64,000 bases of DNA from IMG/VR virus record IMGVR_UViG_3300028534_000026, positions 2,128-66,127 of that record, one strand, 5' to 3'. This DNA is from a virus. The notes under the pieces are model-generated. The model made no database searches, had not been told where the DNA came from, and worked only from the letters and a program-made list of their open reading frames with translations. Positions 62,630 to 64,000 of the stretch are shown here, in pieces. Position numbers and translations under genes: made by a program. How positions within the stretch are numbered: the stretch's first letter is position 1; the number at the start of each line of letters is the position of its first letter.

Positions 62630-64000
62630 TTTTCTTCTCCTAAAAGTTCTTTTAATATTTCTTTTTTTGTTTTTTCTTCAGCAATTACAGTATCACCCAA
62701 CAGGTCATCCCGTAGGGACCTCTCTGTCCTTACCACCTCTGCCATAAGGTCATCCTTCTCAAAAAATTTGGTCATAAGAGTTTCTTGAATCGTCCCCATG
62801 GCTACCATCACAATTGCAAAGACCGTCTGTTCTTGGCCCTGCCTGAAACATCGTGCACACGACTGGATAAAGTCACGCGGTGTATATGGCAGTTCCGGAA
62901 ACACCACGTAATGGCACATAGGAAGATCCAACCCATACCCACCACTCTTCGGGTGACACGTAAGGCCCTTCAACTCCCCGGCTTTAAAAGCAGAAATATA
63001 CTTCTGCTGTCTGGCCGGTGTCTCCTTGCCGTACACCGCCCCGATACCGTACCTTCCCTTTATCTTCTCATTGGTAATGGTATAATTCCCAAAACACAGG
63101 AACTGGTCAACCGACCCGACAATACCATCCAGCACTTCGAGTCCAACAGGGTCTTTCTCATACCCCCCATATTCTGGATTGAGTATTAACCTCTGTGCCC
63201 AGTGGTACAACTTCATGACTTGCTTGGCGTCAATAAGCTTTCCTTTTGTTGACACCATCACTCTTTCCTTCAACACCTTTCTATACATAGTCAGGTGCTT
63301 TGGATCGAGGTCGTACTTCAGCAGCTTCGGTACCAGCGGAGGTAGATCAAGGTGGTCGGTAGCCAGCCGCCGAACCGCGTTGATCATCAGGTTCTCCTTG
63401 AGCATGTCAAGATTTTGATACTCTTTCGGAGACCCAAAGTAATCCACCTCCTTTACATGTATCCTCTCAAACTGCCCGAATGAGTCATACAGACCAGGGG
63501 TTTTGGTTTCAATCAAACCAAAGGCGTCCAGTGGCTTGTTCACCGGGGTCGCTGTCAGCAGAGCGCTTCCTCTATTGATCCTTGGATAGTTGATCACAAT
63601 CTCCTTTGGCTTCAACTTCCCAGGGACCTTCTCATACTTCTTTATCTCCGCACCATTCAGCATTCTCCATATAAGATTAGTATGATTGCACAGTACCGTG
63701 GCTTCATCCACGATAAAGTAAGCGTCAATGTCTTTCAGCCTCTCATAATCTCTCTGAAAAATTTGGAAAGACATGACAAGGAAATCAGTATCCAGCTTCA
63801 TCTTCCTGCGTTGGGCCGGTGTCCCAGCGTAGAGAGTGACTGAAGGCCCCATAGGTTCAATGGTGTCATGCCACTGCCTTGTGAGAGCAGCCGGCATGAG
63901 GACAATACACTGTTCAAACTCCCCCATTATGAGCTTATAACAAGCTATCATAATTGCCTCAATGGTCTTCCCGAGGCCCATGTCAAGGAACGGGGCACAG
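62626..64000 (-). CDS. SNF2-family helicase, 5'-truncated by the window edge
   Basis: FLDMGLGKT, FIVDEAT, LTATP, GGYGLDL and ARCFRQGQ; the frame is open to 64000. Confidence 0.9.
   Translation of the reverse strand, partial: CAPFLDMGLGKTIEAIMIACYKLIMGEFEQCIVLMPAALTRQWHDTIEPMGPSVTLYAGTPAQRRKMKLDTDFLVMSFQIFQRDYERLKDIDAYFIVDEATVLCNHTNLIWRMLNGAEIKKYEKVPGKLKPKEIVINYPRINRGSALLTATPVNKPLDAFGLIETKTPGLYDSFGQFERIHVKEVDYFGSPKEYQNLDMLKENLMINAVRRLATDHLDLPPLVPKLLKYDLDPKHLTMYRKVLKERVMVSTKGKLIDAKQVMKLYHWAQRLILNPEYGGYEKDPVGLEVLDGIVGSVDQFLCFGNYTITNEKIKGRYGIGAVYGKETPARQQKYISAFKAGELKGLTCHPKSGGYGLDLPMCHYVVFPELPYTPRDFIQSCARCFRQGQEQTVFAIVMVAMGTIQETLMTKFFEKDDLMAEVVRTERSLRDDLLGDTVIAEEKTKKEILKELLGEEK

Overview
The whole window looks like part of one tailed (siphovirus-type) bacteriophage genome. 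No host genes, integrase, tRNA or CRISPR array were seen. Layout: (1) 1-18.6 kb, mostly small leftward early/accessory genes, interrupted by a rightward Cro-like + primase/SF3-helicase cassette (6.9-9.9 kb) and an AT-rich non-coding block with a 155-bp imperfect inverted repeat beside a winged-helix-like gene (14.7-16.3 kb; candidate origin). (2) 18.9-48.5 kb, rightward packaging, head, tail and lysis genes (gpA-type terminase, portal, S49 protease, scaffold, capsid, tail tube, frameshifting chaperone, tape measure, fibres, lysozyme). (3) 48.5-64 kb, leftward DNA metabolism genes (ligase, Dcm-like, ThyX, SbcCD, MazG, resolvase, Pol I, DnaQ-type exonuclease, SNF2 helicase, the last truncated). 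Three mobile nuclease genes are present: a lone TnpB, an antisense Hef-like gene and an HNH-AP2 gene. Most notable observations: a 1100-bp transposase-less TnpB element with IS607-like TGGG ends inserted at the protease stop codon, whose predicted guide partly matches an early phage gene; two large tail-fibre/beta-helix proteins with Sec signal peptides; the inverted-repeat/iteron block; and at least six single-base frameshifts at G/C runs, one of which hides an HTH domain at the start of TerS. All product calls come from motif recognition by eye; no database search was run.
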